Shown here in pieces: positions 62,497 to 64,000 of a stretch of 64,000 nucleotides of DNA (positions are counted from its first letter, which is position 1; each line of letters starts with the position of its first letter). Position numbers and translations under genes: made by a program. Origin of the DNA: Dehalococcoidia bacterium (GTDB lineage Bacteria > Chloroflexota > Dehalococcoidia > Lucifugimonadales > UBA3495). The notes under the pieces were generated by a model, which did no database searches, was not told the DNA's origin, and worked only from the letters and a program-made list of their open reading frames with translations. The DNA lies in NCBI GenBank assembly GCA_022827095.1, contig JAJDTP010000021.1, positions 130,771-194,770 on the forward strand, written 5' to 3'.

Positions 62497-63449
62497 AGGT
62501 TAATGCAATCGCGCAGTTGCGCCAGCGTGATGTTGCCGCCGCTCACAGTGATCGAAATCTTTCTCCCGCGAACCAGGTCCCCACGACGGACCGCGCCGGC
62601 CAACGCGGTTGCCCCCGCTCCTTCGGCAAGGGTGTGCGCCTTTTCGATCAACATCGCCACGGCGCGGCGAATCTCGTCCTCACTCACCAGCACGAAGTCG
62701 TGCAGACGGTGCCGCATGATCTGCTGCGGGAGTTCGTAGCCTTCAGCCGTCGCCGTTCCCTCTACCCAGGTACGCATCGGCGCCTGCACCAGTTGACCCT
62801 GCTGCCATGAGAGGTATGCAGCAGGAGCAGCTTCAGATTGAACCGCGACGACGCTAATTTCCGGGTTGAGCGCCTGCGCAACGATGCAAGCCCCGGAAAT
62901 TCCGCTACCGCCACCGATCGGCAGGAACATCACATCCACGTCGGGCAGTTCTTCGATGATCTCCAGGCTTGCTGTGGCTACTCCAGCGATGAGTTCCGGC
63001 TCATTGACCGGATGTACATATCGGTAGCCCTCTTCTGCGGCCAGTCGCTCGCAGTACCGGCGAGCCTCATCAAAATTCGCCCCGTGGAAGATCAATTCTG
63101 CTCCTAAAGCCTCCATTGACGCGACCTTGTTCGGGTTCGCGTCCACCGGCAGTCCGATCAAGGCCCTGGCTCCGAACGCCCGGCAAGCGCTGGCGATCGA
63201 TTGACCGTGATTGCCGCTGCTGGCGGTGATCACGCCGCGCTGCCGGTCCCCTGGATCCATGTTGGCGAGGAGATTGATACCTCCGCGAGCCTTGAAAGCT
63301 CCCAGCGGCAAGTGCTCCTCGTGTTTCAGGTAAACCTCCGCGTCCAGCGCCTGACTCAATCCAGCTGAATAAGTAAGCGGCGTGCGCGGGAAGTAAGGTC
63401 CGATGGTGGCGCGAGCGCGGTAAACGTCACGCAAGGTTGGGATGTACAA
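62481..63449 (-). CDS. PLP-dependent threonine/serine dehydratase-family enzyme
   Basis: LGAFKARGG (PLP lysine), SSGNHGQS and IGGGSGISG. Confidence 0.85.
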   Translation of the reverse strand: MYIPTLRDVYRARATIGPYFPRTPLTYSAGLSQALDAEVYLKHEEHLPLGAFKARGGINLLANMDPGDRQRGVITASSGNHGQSIASACRAFGARALIGLPVDANPNKVASMEALGAELIFHGANFDEARRYCERLAAEEGYRYVHPVNEPELIAGVATASLEIIEELPDVDVMFLPIGGGSGISGACIVAQALNPEISVVAVQSEAAPAAYLSWQQGQLVQAPMRTWVEGTATAEGYELPQQIMRHRLHDFVLVSEDEIRRAVAMLIEKAHTLAEGAGATALAGAVRRGDLVRGRKISITVSGGNITLAQLRDCINLYLEE

Positions 63450-63618
63450 GGTCAGGCTCCGTTGTAACCGCCATCGCGGCTATGCAGGGTCGACGGCAAG
63501 GTTAGGCAGGCCTCCCGGGAGTGTCAACCTCCGCACTTACGACAATGAGCTCGTCGGGGCATCTGAGCGCACAGCCGAAACCCGCGACTGGATCCGCGCT
63601 CACTACACCCCTTGAGAT

Positions 63619-63942
63619 GTACTATGCGGGAATTAACGAGGCAGTACACGTCTCTCTACGCCGTACGATCCACCTATTGTGTAATAATGCAGTACCTACA
63701 TCGTCATAAATGCAACGAATGCGTCGAATGTGTACAAACGGCCTCACGCAGTGTAAACTGCTGATCTTGCAGTACGCCACCGTTTGCATTACATTTCGGC
63801 AATTGCGGTACAGGCATTGCAACAACTAGATCCTCCCGAGGACGGTGCTGCCGTGCACTACACGTGTACCGGCAGATGGTACACGCATCGCTCCATGAAG
63901 CGCCGACGAATGCAACGTAGAGAACGCGGTCCCAAGTGGTAC
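63619..63942. repeat. AT-richer non-coding region with dispersed GTAC / GGTACAC motifs
   Basis: Ten GTAC sites, starting at 63619, 63644, 63663, 63692, 63732, 63772, 63808, 63866, 63879 and 63939. GGTACAC occurs at 63878 and 63938 (+) and 63864 (-). Confidence 0.6.
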
Positions 63943-64000
63943 ACCGGCAAGCACTCGGAAGATACCAGCTGAGGCATCCGGACTCCCAAGGCCGATTATC

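Overview
High-GC bacterial chromosomal segment (about 65% G+C by hand counts on sample lines), densely coding on both strands. Most genes are catabolic or oxidoreductase genes: an acyl-CoA ligase, acyl-CoA dehydrogenase, enoyl-CoA hydratase, family III CoA-transferase, LLM/F420-type oxidoreductase, P450, SDR, Fe-ADH, TPP enzyme, FMN alpha-hydroxy-acid oxidase, amidohydrolase and nitroreductase. Also present are a Phn-type ABC importer, a GldG/ABC-2/DUF4340 operon, speD-speB, panB, coaE, cinA, sodC, rbsK, comF and peptidases of families S8, S9 and S58. RNA genes are RNase P RNA (minus strand) and six tRNAs, all with encoded CCA: Gln-UUG, a Val-CAC/Leu-CAG/Arg-GCG/Val-UAC cluster, and Glu-CUC. 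I saw no rRNA, CRISPR array, transposase or integrase. The gene mix and repeat families would fit a marine Chloroflexota (SAR202-like) genome, but that is inference only. The features most worth a second look are these. (1) A translationally coupled coaE / MoxR-type AAA+ / CoA-type Nudix / 1102-aa VWA operon with no visible client enzyme. (2) A lower-GC cassette encoding a Nudix-Zn-ribbon-unknown-domain protein plus two small 2-TM proteins. (3) A lower-GC PD-(D/E)xK-like gene overlapping a Zn-ribbon-Nudix gene. (4) A DUF6883/DUF4926 toxin-antitoxin-like pair wedged into a beta-oxidation operon, with DUF4926 fused in frame to the enoyl-CoA hydratase. (5) A higBA cassette inserted into the 3' end of a TrpF-like gene, flanked by a ~60-bp direct repeat, followed by an unassigned Cys-motif protein and two tandem DUF488 genes. 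(6) Two families of palindromic intergenic repeats, one bracketing a TPP-enzyme gene. (7) A 740-bp non-coding stretch with a promoter-like element and long-range complementarity. (8) An AT-richer terminal region strongly enriched in GTAC/GGTACAC motifs. All family assignments come from motif recognition by eye. No database search was run.
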